Translations under genes and position numbers: made by a program
Notes under the pieces: generated by a model
What the model was told of the DNA's origin: nothing
Database searches by the model: none
What the model saw: the letters and a program-made list of their open reading frames with translations, nothing else
Part shown: piece by piece, positions 1-13,780 of the stretch
Numbering within the stretch: the stretch's first letter is position 1
How the letters are laid out: each line of letters opens with the position of its first letter
NCBI GenBank assembly: GCA_049724395.1
Contig: JAUGWO010000080.1
Span: 1-64,000 of the forward strand
Length of the DNA stretch: 64,000 nucleotides
From: Spongospora subterranea f. sp. subterranea
Lineage: Eukaryota
Direction: 5' to 3'

Positions 1-980
1 GTCAGGATGGGGATTTGTCGCAGTCACCAAATCGCCCAAGTTTTGTGTGAAAGAGGTGCTGACCCGCACTTAGCGGATAATGATGGGAACACCCCCTTGC
101 ATTTCGATATGCCTGGGTTTCTGTAAATTGCTCAATCTTCATCAAATATTTAAACATGATTTGAATTGCTCACAGGACAGACGAATTCATTATTTCGACC
201 ATCAAAAACATGGATGTCAACCACCACAACAGTGATGGACACACTCTTCTCCATAAAGCGGTTATATGTAATCGGTTGGTCGTAATTCGTATTTGACAAT
301 GATCATCATCTCAATAAAAACCATTTTTAGGGAAAACGTTATCAAGGATCTATTGGATAGAGGCGCCAATCCCAAGGCTCTTGACATTTTAAAAAATACT
401 GTTCTGCACCTTGCGGTAGAGCATAACCTGTACACTGATGGAGTTTCGATATTTTGTCAAATCATCTGATTAATATCTCACAGAAGTAAGCAGATCATAA
501 TCGATATTATTAACGCAAAGGCTCTTCGTCAAGTGAGGCAGAATAACCTGAAGAGACGGTTTGGCACTTGGGGGATCGCTGAAATGCCTGTCCATGTTCA
601 CACCTATGTTTATAATCATCGAAATCGCTAATTGATTCTCACAGGAATCCGCAAGACATTTCCTTTGGAACCTGGGACCAACAACTACTCAACATTCAAA
701 ACTGGTGTGGCAAAACTGCCCTACATTTTTCAGTTTCGCAACAGCGGTTGGGCAAAATAGGCCTGATCAACCACCTTTGATTGATTGACTAATCTGACTA
801 AATTTCAGGGTCGATCTGGTTCGGGTTCTTTTAAAAAATGGCGCCTCCCGCACCTTCAAGGCTTTTGGCTCGACAGCGCTGGAGTTGGCTATGAGAAAGA
901 AGAGGGAATTGTGTACTCCAATCGCCGCCAAAATTGTTGACCTTCTTCGAAAACGGTGGCGTTGAACTCGCAATGTATAA
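1..980 (+). pseudogene. 3' part of multi-exon ankyrin-repeat gene, copy A (5' end outside window; frameshifted)
   Basis: Ankyrin motifs (RGADPHLADNDGNTPLH; RGANPKALDILKNTVLHLAV; NWCGKTALH) lie in exons of about 99 nt separated by GT-AG introns of about 55 nt. The segment is paralogous to about 5870-6940. Confidence 0.8.
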
Positions 981-2551
981 AACTGCTGCTTCTTTAGGGA
1001 GATTTCACTCGGTCCATCTTAAAAACACATTAGATTTCGGTTTGTCGTCAAACACCATTGACCATTCCGTGAAAGAACGCGATCATTTTGGAGATCAGAC
1101 CATTCATTATCTCGCCGCCATTGCTCATCAAGCAGTGCCTCGGACCAAACACTGATCATAACCCAACCGAAATTGACTACCAATTCGTGTAAAAAGGTTG
1201 CCAGCGGTTTTGATCTGTCATGATACGGTCCAGACGTAATTACCTAATATTGCCCAATTCGGATCACGTTGATCATCAGCATCGCACATAGTCTTTCGGC
1301 CACTTTCTGGAAACATACACTTCTCTCAAATCAACCTCGCTATAATCTTTTTGGTGGAAAAGCGCAAACCTTTGTCTTGATTCACTAACACGATGCGCTA
1401 TAAGGACTATATGAGAACACTTTATTCACATACATGTTTGGGACATGGATGGGAAAGAAAGCCTGGACCAAGCGATGCAACAGCACAAAACAATCAACAT
1501 AGGAAGGACGAATTGACTAATCTAAAGCAACAGAGACTGGAGATGAAGTACAACATGATCCGTTATCGTCATCGTTCAAACTACAATTGAAGAAGTCCGA
1601 AACCCAAAATCGAGACCAATATATGAAACGAAGCGTCAAAACAATGGATTCGCTGGTTATCCAGACAGGTTACCTTACATGAAGCGATAACCAAACCTGT
1701 GAGAAAGGCAGCTGTAGTCAGCCGGAACTACACTACATTACCTTAATCAGTGTTTAATGTGTATACGAATATAGTGTGATAGACACAACCGGTACATAGG
1801 GTGTGGTGGATTTCAAGGGAAACTCATTTACAAACTGAGCGGGCGAATCAGTTCGGCAGGTCAGTGAATCAACGTGACAAGAACTGTGTTTTTCTATAGG
1901 CTCGTAAAGCAATGATTAAATGTGGTCTATCTGGCTTTGGATTTGAACTGCCAATCTCACACCACCACTGGTACCATTGGGACAGAATGATGAGCAACGT
2001 ATAGCGAAGGTCCTTATCACAATCACATGAGTTCATCTGCCCAGAGGGCGCACCAAACTTGCCAATGCCGCAGAGAGGTCACCGCTCCTTTGGCCCCAGG
2101 GTGGAGAATGGGTACTACAGACCCAACACAATTGTGTTACAAAGCATAAACTCAATACAAAAATAGGCTTCCAGGCAATCAACATTTGTATATCAAGGAT
2201 GTTCCGAGTTACGTTTGCTTCCATCAAGTCCTACACACTGTCGGCGGATTGTTGATTAAATGGAGTAATCTAAACCCTCAAGTAGTAGAAATAATTCCCT
2301 TGGGTTTGACTGAAAAATATAACCAAATTAAATTTCCAACTTAATTGCCATCCCTGAATTTTTGTAGCGATCTCGTAGCTTCAACAACTTTACTCTCAGG
2401 CTGATCTAGTGTCCAGTTGATATTTGAAACCTGTCTGTTACAGTAATCAGTGACAGACGATAGAATTATAGCCCCTCTACTGTATTATATCACAGTCTGG
2501 TGATCTATATCACAATCATTAGAAGTAATTGGTCATTATTGTGATATCATT

Positions 2552-5500
2552 ATGACAGGAACAGGTATTGCAGAGATTGTGATGATCATGATGATAGTGA
2601 GGTCGGGGGTCTCAATGATTGTCCAAACATCACAAGATGTCTTACATACTGCATTGAAAACGGGTCCATATCGAGTAATTATGTTGAGTTATGCTGTAAA
2701 TGACTAATCGGATTATCTAGAGATGAAATAGCTGAGAAATTGGCTTATGAGATTGAGGAGGAGTTCATTAATCGCCCCTATACAATTCCACTCAGCTATG
2801 ATATGTGGGGATATTGGAACGGAATGGTTTGAACATTATAGGGGGACTGATACAATATTACACTAATCAAAAACATCACAGGGTAGTTCATTGACGCTTC
2901 GCACCACAACTATTAATATGGCACTTTATTACAACCGGTAAACTAAAGGTGACAAAGGCTCTGTTTTCAAGGTCTTTGAACGTCAATAGGGAAAATGTCG
3001 CCAACATTATAATAGACAGAGGGGCCAATCTATTGTTAACGGATCAATATGGGAATACTCCATTGCACATCGCCGCTTTTCGGGGCCTGTATTATATTCC
3101 TCATCACATGGTATCACATCTTATCTCAAACGTTTATAGAAATATCGCCGTCATCAAGATCTTGGACAAGATCAAAATGTTGAAACCACAAGTTATTGAT
3201 ATCAAGAACTCGGCTGGTGATATCCCACTCCACATGGCAGTTCGTTATAATCGGTTGGTCGTATACACTGTTTGAATTTGATCTCCTGTCAATGATTTCT
3301 ACCGGTTTATAGGAAGTTTGATGGTCAAGAGTCTGTTGGACAGAGGCGCCGATCCCATGATTGCTGACAGATATGGGAATACGCCATTGCACCTTGCAGT
3401 AAAGAATAACCTGTAAACTGCTCTAATCTGTTTATTTGTATATAGAACACATCTGATTGAGATCTCACAGGAGTGAAGAGATCATTATAAATATAATTGA
3501 TGCGGCGAGGCGAAAAAAAACGGTCGATATTCTGGATCAGAATGGGATAACGGAACCTTCTGTGGGTTCAAGTGGCAGAATAACTCATAATGACCTGTAT
3601 AGTGTTAACCGGTCTGTCGAAATCATTGAAGTCGCTGATTTGATCTCACAGGAGTCCATGTGCCCATCAAGGGGCGACATCGGATATAATCAATATCAGG
3701 AACGATTTTGGGGAAACTGCTCTCTTTCAGGCACTTATTGGTAATAGGTTGGTCAAGATCTACTGTTTACTTCTTATTTGCGCCATCAAATTTGAGTTTC
3801 CGTTTTCCCCAGTTTTCAAATCGTCCGAATTCTGTTGGACAAAGGGGCCGATCCATCTATAACGGACAATGATGGGAACACTCCATTTCACATTAAATGC
3901 CACCTGCATTGTATATCGCCCACATTCTCACCAAATATCAAAGTTGGTACTAATGTGCTCACAGGACAGACGAAATCATTCTCTCATGCATACAACATAT
4001 GAATGTCAACCACCGGAACAACAATGGGTCCACACTGCTCCATACGGCTGTAAAGTATGAACGGTTGGTCGTAAATTTGTTCTTTGACACAGTTCAGCGC
4101 CTCAGAAAACTGGTTATTCAGAGGAGTTGTGGTCAAGAATCTGTTGGAAGATCCCTCTATAACGGATAATGATGGGAACACCCCATTTCATCAATATGCC
4201 ATCTGGACAACCGCACCAAATCTCCTCAATCATCAAAGGATAATGATCACAGGACACTCATTCTCTCATGCATTCACCACCGGAACAACAATATGCTGCT
4301 CCATCTGCATTGTGACACAAATGCACCAAAACAGGTATTCAGGGGAGTTGTGGTCAAGGATCTCGTGACAGACATAGGGGCCGATCCCTCTATGAACGGA
4401 TAATGATGGGAACACCCCATTTCATATCAATATGCCATCTGCAGTGTAAACCGCACCAAATCTCATCAATAATCAATGTTTTTACTAATGTGCTCACAGG
4501 ACAGACGAAATCATTCTCTCATGCATACAACATATGAATATCAACGACCGGAACAACAATGGGGCAACACTCCTCCACACTGCTATAAAATGTAAACGGT
4601 TGGTCGTAATTTTGTTCCTTGACACAGATCAGCGCCACAAGAAAACTGGTAATTTAGGGAGGTTTTGGTGAAGGATCTGTTGGATAGAGGGGCCAATCCC
4701 ATTATTGCTGATCACCAAGGCCTTACAGCACTGCACCTCGCAATTGTTCATGGCCTGTATACTGAACTGATTTTCAATATACCATGAATTCTGATTGAAT
4801 TTTCACAGAAGTCAGCAGATCATCATTCATATCATTCATGCGGGGAGGCCAAAACCATCTCACCTTCTGCTCCAAAGTGGCATGACGGAACGCCTCTATA
4901 TGAGTTTAATTCACAAATTGATTCCTGGCCTGTATATTGCTTCAAGTCAATCCAGCACATTTAAGTGGCTAATTTGATCTCACAGTAACAAAGACCTCGT
5001 TATTGAAGTACTTAATCTGTCATGCGATGGAATAATCAATCTGCGGGCCCACTACGGGCGAACTGCTCTTTTTGTGGCAGCTTCGCGTAGGTTGGTCAAA
5101 AATACTGTCTAGACTCATCTCTTTCAGCTTTTTCTTATTAACAGTGCTGGTATCGCCCAAATTCTGTTGGAGAATAATGCCGATCCAACCATAACGGATA
5201 TGTATGACCGAGGGCCATTTCACCACACATACGTGTAAATTGATGAAATCTTACAAAATTTTCAAATATTCCCTGAGTTGAACACAGGTCCGACGAAATC
5301 TTCATCTCAATGATACAGAACGTTGATGTCAATCACCGGTACATTGATGGGTCCACAATTCTCCATGTTGCCATTAGGCTTTGTCGGTTGGTCGTGATTT
5401 GTGTTGGACACTGAGCAGCCCGTCAATACAACTGATATGTTAGGGAAGTGGTGGTCAAGTATCTGCTGGATAAAGGCGCCAATCCTACTATTGCTGATAA

Positions 5501-6943
5501 TTCTGGAAATACAGCACTACATGGGGCAGTATTTAGTGACGTGTATGCTGTTCAATGTGCTAACCTTTCTGGTTTTCATTAAATTCTCACAGAAATGAGC
5601 AGATACTCGTTCATATACTTGATGCGGCGCGGCCCAAGGCGGTCGATAATCTGGGCCAGAATGGAATTGTTCAAAATTCTGGGTGTGGTCATGATGATCG
5701 GTATGTGCTGAATTGTGGATCTAGAACATTCAAGTTACTGATTTCAACTCACAGACAGATTGGCGCGTGCGAAATACTCAATCTGAGGAACCATCAGGGT
5801 GAAACTGCTCTCTTATTAGCGTTTCGTTTTTCGCGGTTGGCAAAGTTTACTTTTTGGATGTGAACCGTTAATAGTGGGGTTTTGTAGCAGCCATAATCTC
5901 GCCCAAGTTTTGATTGAAAGAGGTGCTGACCCGCACTTAGCTGATAATGATGGGAACACACCCTTGCATTTCATATGCCTGGGTTCCTGTAAATTGCTCA
6001 ATCTTCATCAAATATTCAAACATGATTGGAATTGCTCACAGGACAGACGAATTCATTATTTCGACCTTAAAAAACATGGATATCAACTACCGCCACAGAC
6101 AAGCAAACACTTATCTCCATCAAGCTGCTATATATCATAGGTTGGTCGTAATTCGTATTTGACACTGAATCATAATCTCAATAAAAATCGTTTGTTAGGG
6201 AAAACGTTATCAAGGATTTGTTGGATAGAGGCGCCAATCCCAAGGCTCTTAACTATTTGAAATATACAGTTCTGCACCTCGCAGTAAAGCATAACCTGTA
6301 CACTGATCGAGTTTCCATACATGGTCAAATGATCTGATTTATATCTCACAGAAGTGAGCAGATCGTAATCGATATAATTGAAGCAACGCCTCTCCGTCAG
6401 TGTGGTCACGCATTGGTTACTCGCAGCGAGCGTCTGGCGACTGGCAAAAAGCCTAAGGTCGGCAACCCATGAGCTGGGTTCTCGTTTCACTCGACGGTTT
6501 GGGTTCTTGGGTGAATTGCTGAGTCTTTGTGGCCTGTCCATGTTCACACATATGTCTGAATCATCGAAATCGCTGAATTAATCTCACAGGAAACGGCAAG
6601 ACATTTTCTGTGAAACGTGGGACACACAACTACTCAATATGCAAAACTGGTTTGGCAAAACTGCCCTACATTTCGCAGTTTCAAAACAGCGGTTGGGCAA
6701 ATTACGCCTGATCAACCACCTTTGATTTGATTGACTAATCTGACTGAGTTGCAGGGTCGATCTGGTTCGGGTTCTTTTGAAAAAAGGCGCCTGCCGCCGC
6801 ATCCAAACGGATTTTGGCTCGACAGCGCTGAAGTTGGCTATGGAAAAGAAGAGGAAAGACAATACACCAATCGCCGCCACAATTGTCGAACTTCTGCAAA
6901 GCAAAACTGTGATCAACAAGTTGCCTTGAACGGCATTATATAA
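2552..6943 (+). pseudogene. Multi-exon ankyrin-repeat gene, copy B, one repeat per exon; several exons frameshifted
   Basis: Exon 2990-3088 (99 nt) reads ENVANIIIDRGANLLLTDQYGNTPLHIAAFRG, and exon 3140-3253 (114 nt) ends NSAGDIPLHMAVRYN. Many further DxxGxTPLH motifs follow. The exon starting at 3313 is 100 nt, i.e. frameshifted. The ATG at 2552 (MTGTGIAEIVMIMMIV..., hydrophobic) is a tentative start. Confidence 0.8.
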
Positions 6944-7440
6944 AAACTGTTGCTCTTTAGGCAGATTTCACTTGGTCCACGTTGGAACACAGTAGATTTC
7001 GGTTTGTCCCTAAACACAGTTTTCGTGATGCGAAAGGGAAAACAGTGCAAAGGTGGATCATGCCGTGAATGAACGGGATCACCTTGGAGATCAGAAACCA
7101 TTCATTATCTCGCCGCCATTGCTCATCAAACATGTTGCCAGGACCAAACACTGATCATAACCCAACCGAAATTGACTTCCAAGTTGTGTAAAGAGGTCGT
7201 CAGCGGCTTCGGTCTGTCATGATACGGTCAAAACGAAATTGCCCAATTCAAATCACGTTGATCATCAGAATCGCACATAAGACCGCAAGCCTCAAACTTC
7301 AGCAGTTCGGCAATTTTCTGGAAACTGACACCTTCTCAAATCAACATCGGTATAATTTTTACTATCAGAGACCCTTCCGAATCGCCATGCAGTGGTATAT
7401 GTGGTACAGCGCAAACCATTTCTTGATTGACTCAAAACAA
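5868..7440 (+). repeat. Segmental duplicate of about 1-1390 (tandem ankyrin gene duplication, period about 5.87 kb)
   Basis: aaagaggtgctgacccgcacttag occurs at about 50 and 5917, and ggaccaaacactgatcataacccaaccgaaattgact at about 1142 and 7141. The similarity extends into the 3' flank. Confidence 0.9.
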
Positions 7441-8029
7441 TGCCTTCAGTGAATTGACGCTCGATGAGTAATAAATTTGGTGGGAATATGATCTCACATT
7501 CACAGTTTCATTGTTTCAGGAGGCGCATCCAAGTTGACCAATCATAATTGCTGGGTTATACCTGATTCAAAAATACGATGCCATCTGTGGAAAACACCCA
7601 CTTTTTCCCTATCAACTAAATTCTTCAGTTTACTGGTTTTTCTCTGGTGCCGCAGAATTTTGCTCAATTTGAAATGGAGGTCTCATTAATGCTGGTAAAC
7701 TCTGAGTATCAGAACAATTACTTCTTCCCATCTTCGAGTAGTTTAATCTACCTGAAGAATAGTTCAATTTTGCTTGGGATTAATCTTCTTCGAGTTGAAT
7801 TTTAGCTTTGTCAGAAGCGTCATCACGTTCCACCAACGCATTCATTGACCATTGCATTTGTGGCGCCAAACAATCCAAAGATTTTCGAGAACGCGGAGCT
7901 GGCTGTGGGAACAAATCACGCGTACTAGGATTGACCAGAATCTGGGATGAAGACATGTCTAATAAATGAGAATCAAACTGAATAATACTGTAAATGATAT
8001 ATTTTCGAGAAAGGCTAAACAGATATGGT

Positions 8030-8818
8030 TACGCAACACCGCTGGCAACTAACTTTTTTTGCTGCGCGACCTGAAACGATTCATAACCTCATCATTGAAA
8101 CGATCCGCGATAAGGTTGCAATACTACCTGCTTTTCTAGCTGTTCCCACAGATCGTCGTGTTTCTTGGTCGAATCAGCAAGTGCAGCCGTTTCTTCGGTG
8201 TACTGCAAAAGCGCACCGTTTAACGACCTCAAACTACATTGCTTTTCCAGATACCTTTTTAGACCGAGCGTCGAACAGTTCCGAATCCATTTTCATGAAC
8301 ATGCGTATGACATTGAACGTTAAGGAATGCGCAGTTGAATTCCAATGGTTTTTGCCTATTGTGAGCGAGTCAAGACTGACTGATGAAAGGGCATGATAAC
8401 GTGTACAAAGATGCCTTAAATAGCGGTCGAATATCTCGGCTGTGCGACTGAGGTTTCTTTTAAGAAACAAAGGGTCGTACACTAGAACCTGTCGACCGAA
8501 TACTGCACATCCAACCCAGTGTGCATTGTCAAACTATATTACAAGACTTAAGAGTGGATGACAAGGGAACCACGCAACGACGTCTTACATTGATGGGTAT
8601 TAGATACATTTGCCGTTGAGGCGTGAAGTGTGCAGCAATCGTTCCGATGTCGCCTCACGATATGTTTCCCACATACCTGCAGTAATACCGAATCCAGAAC
8701 CGAGATATGGACTGTTCACGATGCAGCGGAATTTGCAGCAAAATCCAAGAATGGATTATATCATCGCTAAGCCACGCTGTCCCAACCAAACGCTCCAAAA
8801 TTATCCTTGAAGTAATAC
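8030..8818 (-). pseudogene. Ulp1/SENP-like (peptidase C48) cysteine protease remnant, probably transposon cargo
   Basis: Minus-strand pieces in different frames read WLSDDIIHSW, then DNAHWVGCAVFGRQVLVYDPL (His and Asp), then RQKPLEFNCAFL (Gln...Cys). This is the order of the C48 motifs. Confidence 0.65.
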
Positions 8819-11213
8819 TGTACATTGCATTTCTTGAGTTGGTATTCCTACATTGCATTTCTTGAGTTGGTATTCCCACATTGCATTTTGCATTTCTTGG
8901 GTTGGTACTCCTACATTGCATTTCTTGAGTTGGTATTCCTACATTGCATTTCTTGAGTTGGTATTCCCACATTGCATTTTGCATTTCTTGGGTTGGTACT
9001 CCTACATTGCATTTCTTGAGTTGGTATTCCTACATTGCATTTCTTGAGTTGGTATTCCCACATTGCATTTTGCATTTCTTGGGTTGGTACTCCTACATTG
9101 CATTTCTTGGGTTGGTACTCCTACTTTGCATTTCTTGGGTTGGTACTCCTACATTGCATTTCTTGAGTTGGTACTCCTACATTGCATTTCTTGAGTTGGT
9201 ACTCCAACATTGCATTTCTTGAGTTGGTATTCCTACATTGCATTTCTTGGGTTGGTACTCCTACATTGCATTTCTTGGGTTGGTACTCCTACATTGCATT
9301 TCTTGGGTTGGTACTCCTACATTGCATTTCTTGGGTTGGTACTCCTACATTGCATTTCTTGAGTTGGTACTCCTACATTGCATTTCTTGAGTAATGGTAC
9401 TCCTACATTGCATTTCTTGGGTTGGTACTCCTACATTGCATTTCTTGGGTTGGTACTCCTACATTGCATTTCTTGGGTTGGTACTCCTACATTGCATTTC
9501 TTGGGTTGGTACTCCTACATTGCATTTCTTGGGTTGGTACTCCTACTTGCAGTTGGTACTCCTACTTTGCATTTCTTGGGTTGGTACTCCTACTTTGCAT
9601 TTCTTGGGTTGGTACTCCTACTTTGCATTTCTTGGGTTGGTACTCCTACTTTGCATTTCTTGGGTTGGTACTCCTACATTGCATTTCTTGGGTTGGTACT
9701 CCTACATTGCATTTCTTGGGTTGGTACTCCTACATTGCATTTCTTGGGTTGGTACTCCTACATTGCATTTCTTGAGTTGGTACTCCTACATTGCATTTCT
9801 TGAGTTGGTACTCCTACATTGCATTTCTTGGGTTGGTACTCCTACATTGCATTTCTTGGGTTGGTACTCCTACATTGCATTTCTTGGGTTGGTACTCCTA
9901 CATTGCATTTCTTGAGTTGGTACTCCTACATTGCATTTCTTGAGTTGGTACTCCTACATTTTGCATTTCTTGGGTTGGTACTCCTACTTTGCATTTCTTG
10001 GGTTGGTACTCCTACTTTGCATTTCTTGCATTTCTTGGGTTGGTACTCCTACATTGCATTTCTTGGGTTGGTACTCCTACATTGCATTTCTTGAGTTGGT
10101 ATTCCTACATTGCATTTCTTGGGTTGGTACTCCTACATTGCATTTCTTGGGTTGGTACTCCTACATTGCATTTCTTGGGTTGGTACTCCTACTTTGCATT
10201 TCTTGGGTTGGTACTCCTACATTGCATTTCTTGGGTTGGTACTCCTACATTGCATTTCTTGAGTTGGTATTCCTACATTGCATTTCTTGGGTTGGTACTC
10301 CTACATTGCATTTCTTGGGTTGGTACTCCTACATTGCATTTCTTGAGTTGGTACTCCTACATTGCATTTCTTGAGTTGGTATTCCTACATTGCATTTCTT
10401 GGGTTGGTACTCCTACATTGCATTTCTTGAGTTGGTACTCCTACATTGCATTTCTTGGGTTGGTACTCCTACATTGCATTTCTTGAGTTGGTACTCCTAC
10501 ATTGCATTTCTTGGGTTGGTACTCCTACTTTGCATTTCTTGGGTTGGTACTCCTACTTTGCATTTCTTGGGTTGGTACTCCTACTTTGCATTTCTTGAGT
10601 TGGTACTCCTACTTTGCATTTCTTGGGTTGGTACTCCTACATTGCATTTCTTGGGTTGGTACTCCTACATTGCATTTCTTGAGTTGGTATTCCTACATTG
10701 CATTTCTTGGGTTGGTACTCCTACATTGCATTTCTTGGGTTGGTACTCCTACATTGCATTTCTTGAGTTGGTACTCCTACATTGCATTTCTTGAGTTGGT
10801 ATTCCTACATTGCATTTCTTGAGTTGGTACTCCTACTTTGCATTTCTTGGGTTGGTACTCCTACTTTGCATTTCTTGGGTTGGTACTCCTACTTTGCATT
10901 TCTTGAGTTGGTACTCCTATTTTGCTTTTCTTGGGTTGGTATTCCTACTTTGCATTTCTTGAGTTGGTACTCCTACATTGCATTTCTTGGGTTGGTACTC
11001 CTACTTTGCATTTCTTGGGTTGGTACTCCTACATTGCATTTCTTGGGTTGGTACTCCTACTTTGCATTTCTTGGGTTGGTACTCCTACTTTGCATTTCTT
11101 GGGTTGGTACTCCTACTTTGCATCTCTTGAGTTGGTACTCCTACTTTGCATTTCTTGGGTTGGTACTCCTACTTTGCATTTCTTGGGTTGGTACTCCTAC
11201 ATTGCATTTCTTG
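8819..11213. repeat. 28-bp tandem satellite (TACATTGCATTTCTTG[G/A]GTTGGTACTCC), about 85 copies
   Basis: Directly visible head-to-tail units with a few recurrent variants. Confidence 0.98.
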
Positions 11214-11693
11214 GCACGAACGGAGGAACCCGCTTTCGCCTATACTGTTTAACCATGAGCGACCTACAGTTGTTTGTGTTACACCTGAGTCGGGTTTTTA
11301 CTAGGGGCGACTTATGAACACGGTGCACCAGTACGACCAGACCGCTGACGTGAAATTGCAACCAATTTCTTTGAGAGATCATCGTGATCGCACGATTCCG
11401 CCGCAGGCTTGCTGCCATCTGATTCGATGAAAGCGAAATAGCTGCCACAAAAATCCAAGACCCTTCACAAAAAGTATCCTATGGGGGTATCTGTCCACGC
11501 GTTCACGACAAGAGGGGTACTCCCGAAATGTGTCTTTTGCCAGCAACTGATTCAACGAGGAGAACGCCGAGTGGCTCATACATTTTTGAGCCATGTCAAA
11601 CTGGGGTACTACAGAACGGACTCTTACCACTGGGAACCCCTTTGCCTAGCGTGGATGTCGGATGAACAAAAGCAAGCGCTTTCTTGCTTATAA
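11214..11693 (+). pseudogene. C-terminal fragment with PARP-type-like zinc finger, paralogous to the C-terminus of the GCM-MULE ORF
   Basis: KKYPMGVSVHAFTTRGVLPKCVFCQQLIQRGERRV...SYHWEPLCL aligns by eye with QRYPIDILMQVVGQRGKFPKCSKCGK...FYHAANQCL at about 20180-20350. Confidence 0.6.
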
Positions 11694-11839
11694 AACATTT
11701 TCCGTTTAATTATGTTGAATTATGTGACAAGTCTTCATCGTAGTTCAAGAGTCGCTGGCCAATTCGAGCGTGTCGACGTCCAATGCTAATGACGCAGTTC
11801 TGATATCGGATACTTCTGCAAAAACGATGATCGCAAGCC

Positions 11840-12076
11840 TTAACGAGGTTGCCTGTGATAAGAATTCGTCTTGTAGTACCCCAGTTTGTCATTGCTCAAA
11901 CATTTATGAGCGACTCGGCTCTCTCCGCGTTGTATCAATTGATTGCAAAACACACTTTTCAAGAGCACCCCTCTTGTGGCGACCGCGAAGACAGATAATG
12001 GAAAACGACAATGGTTTATCAACAAGAAAACGCCTGCGTTGGTTCGACCGACATTCAAATGAGATTTCTGTAACAT
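11840..12076 (-). pseudogene. Second, inverted and diverged copy of the zinc-finger fragment
   Basis: FAVATRGVLLKSVFCNQLIQRGESRVAHKCLSNDKLGYYKTNSYH is a clear paralogue of ORF 11481-11693 on the opposite strand. Confidence 0.75.
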
Positions 12077-12836
12077 TGTTTATCGATGCACTTGATCAGC
12101 ACATTCACAATCAGCAGTCCAAAATTGAAAAACCGGTAGAGCGTACGTGGGAGGATAGGTTAATATGCACATTGGTATTGGCCTCAACTGGCGATGTTGT
12201 CAATGGAATCCTTCATGGCTTATGAAGATCCCATCAACGAGATCTAAGTTTGGATCTGAAACCTGCAGAGGCAACACACCTCCTTGAGCTAACACAAACT
12301 ACAGGCATCTAGGCACCGTGCCGGTACACAATTCGGAATGGGAATGAATCGGTAGAATCACTGCCACCAGGAATTCTAGACGCTTTCGCACTGGAGAATA
12401 CAACGCGAAACTTATCATCAACTTCGTGATTGACTTGGGAAATTCGGAAAGGTCTGGACTCTGGAGCATCTCCATCCGTCCTCGGGCTATTCCTATTCTA
12501 TTCTATGGCGCTAATCTCCAACCCGAAGTTATTTGCATTCTATTCTATTTTTTAGGGCAATATCGAATTTACCGTGCTCACCTTTGTTATCGTTGTTCAA
12601 ACTGTCACATAAAATCACTGCAGTTCGTAGAACGGTGGACGTGGTTCACGGCTTCTGCCATCCGCATTGAACCAACGCGGGAATTGATTGACGACTCAAA
12701 GTGGTAGACTAGATTTTCTTCAATGAAGCGTTTCCTCTTGTCCCAAATAATCAGAGATGGGTAGATGATCGAGAGAAACGGCGTAAAGCTCAGGCTATTG
12801 CTGAAGGCGTTGCTCGGTTAGTACGTACGCCGCGAG

Positions 12837-13780
12837 ATGTTCCCTCAGCTCCATTTGCAATCTCTGCAGCTTATGATGTCCACGAATTCTATGCCTTCAC
12901 AATCCAGCATACCTCGTGAAATCGTAATTGAAGCGTTCCAGCGTCAGTTGCATCGGCGGCTGATGAAAGAACTGTTGGAAACTGTTCAGCAATTCGATTG
13001 CGTGCGTTCAGCAGACGGCTGGTTTTTATTGAACAATGATGTGGGAAATGCGATCGAAAGCGATTTTTTCTATTTTCATGAATTGCTTGCAAATTTGAAT
13101 ATGGAGCTACCATGCTCAATATTCCGGATGAATATCAATACGTTCGATAACTGGATTCGCCAGAAATCTATTACGAAAAATGGTTCCATTACGTTGAGGA
13201 GTTCACTGTGGCGGTCATGTTATCATCTGTTCCTGAATCGTTTCGAGACAACTACAAATCTGTTGATTCATCCAGCAAAATATATGTTGACTCCAAATAC
13301 CTTGTTAAGAATTCAGACAAGGTGCATGTTTCAGCAGTTTCGTCTGGGAGCCGTCATAAGCATAAGAAGGTGGCAACTATTTCTGAAAACATTATCTATC
13401 TTCGAAGAATTCGAAAACTGTTGGGTCAGGAAGCAAGGTGAAATATCAAGAACAGGAAACATTTATCATCGAGCATGTCGTGGAGCGATGGGAGACCGGC
13501 AATCCACTAAGCCGATCAACAGCGTATCATCTTCTGATATCTCACTTCGGCAATGAGTCAGAGGAAATCCGGACACAATTTGAGCCGAAGATGGGGATTC
13601 ACTCTGGTAGTATCACCCCAGCGTTGTCGCATTGGCTCACCAGAGTGCTGTCGCGACATCGATTTTCGATCCGAAAAGAATCTATTTCTCAAACGGTTCC
13701 GGTTAACTGGCTTCACGTTTGTATCTAGTCTACCGCTCTCATTCGTCAAACAAGGCGCGATTGGTCAATGCGGATGAATT
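12837..13780 (+). mobile_element. pogo/Tigger-like (CENP-B HTH) transposase remnant, truncated at the start of the DDE domain
   Basis: FDNWIRQK (psq-type HTH) and PALSHWLTRVLSRHRFSIRKESISQTVP (CENP-B HTH) are followed by VNADE (first catalytic Asp region), after which the frame decays. Confidence 0.6.

Noticed and set aside
1390..2500. Short ORFs between the ankyrin copies
   Set aside because: No recognisable motif or consistent exon structure.
8819..11213. Tandem arrays (also 14111-16780, 31560-32760, 34115-34675, 58146-59227) as CRISPR arrays
   Set aside because: There are no unique spacers and no cas genes, and the context is eukaryotic. These are head-to-tail satellites.
8853..11317. 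Many hydrophobic repetitive ORFs (LHFLGWYSYIAF...), and similar ORFs over the 87-, 23- and 43-bp arrays
   Set aside because: They arise from translating stop-poor repeat units in several overlapping frames, with no evidence of real coding.
12462..12560. GGAGCATCTCCA resembling a PIF/Harbinger TIR, followed by CTATT repeats
   Set aside because: No convincing partner TIR or TSD was found. Similarity to about 23150-23185 is too weak to define an element.
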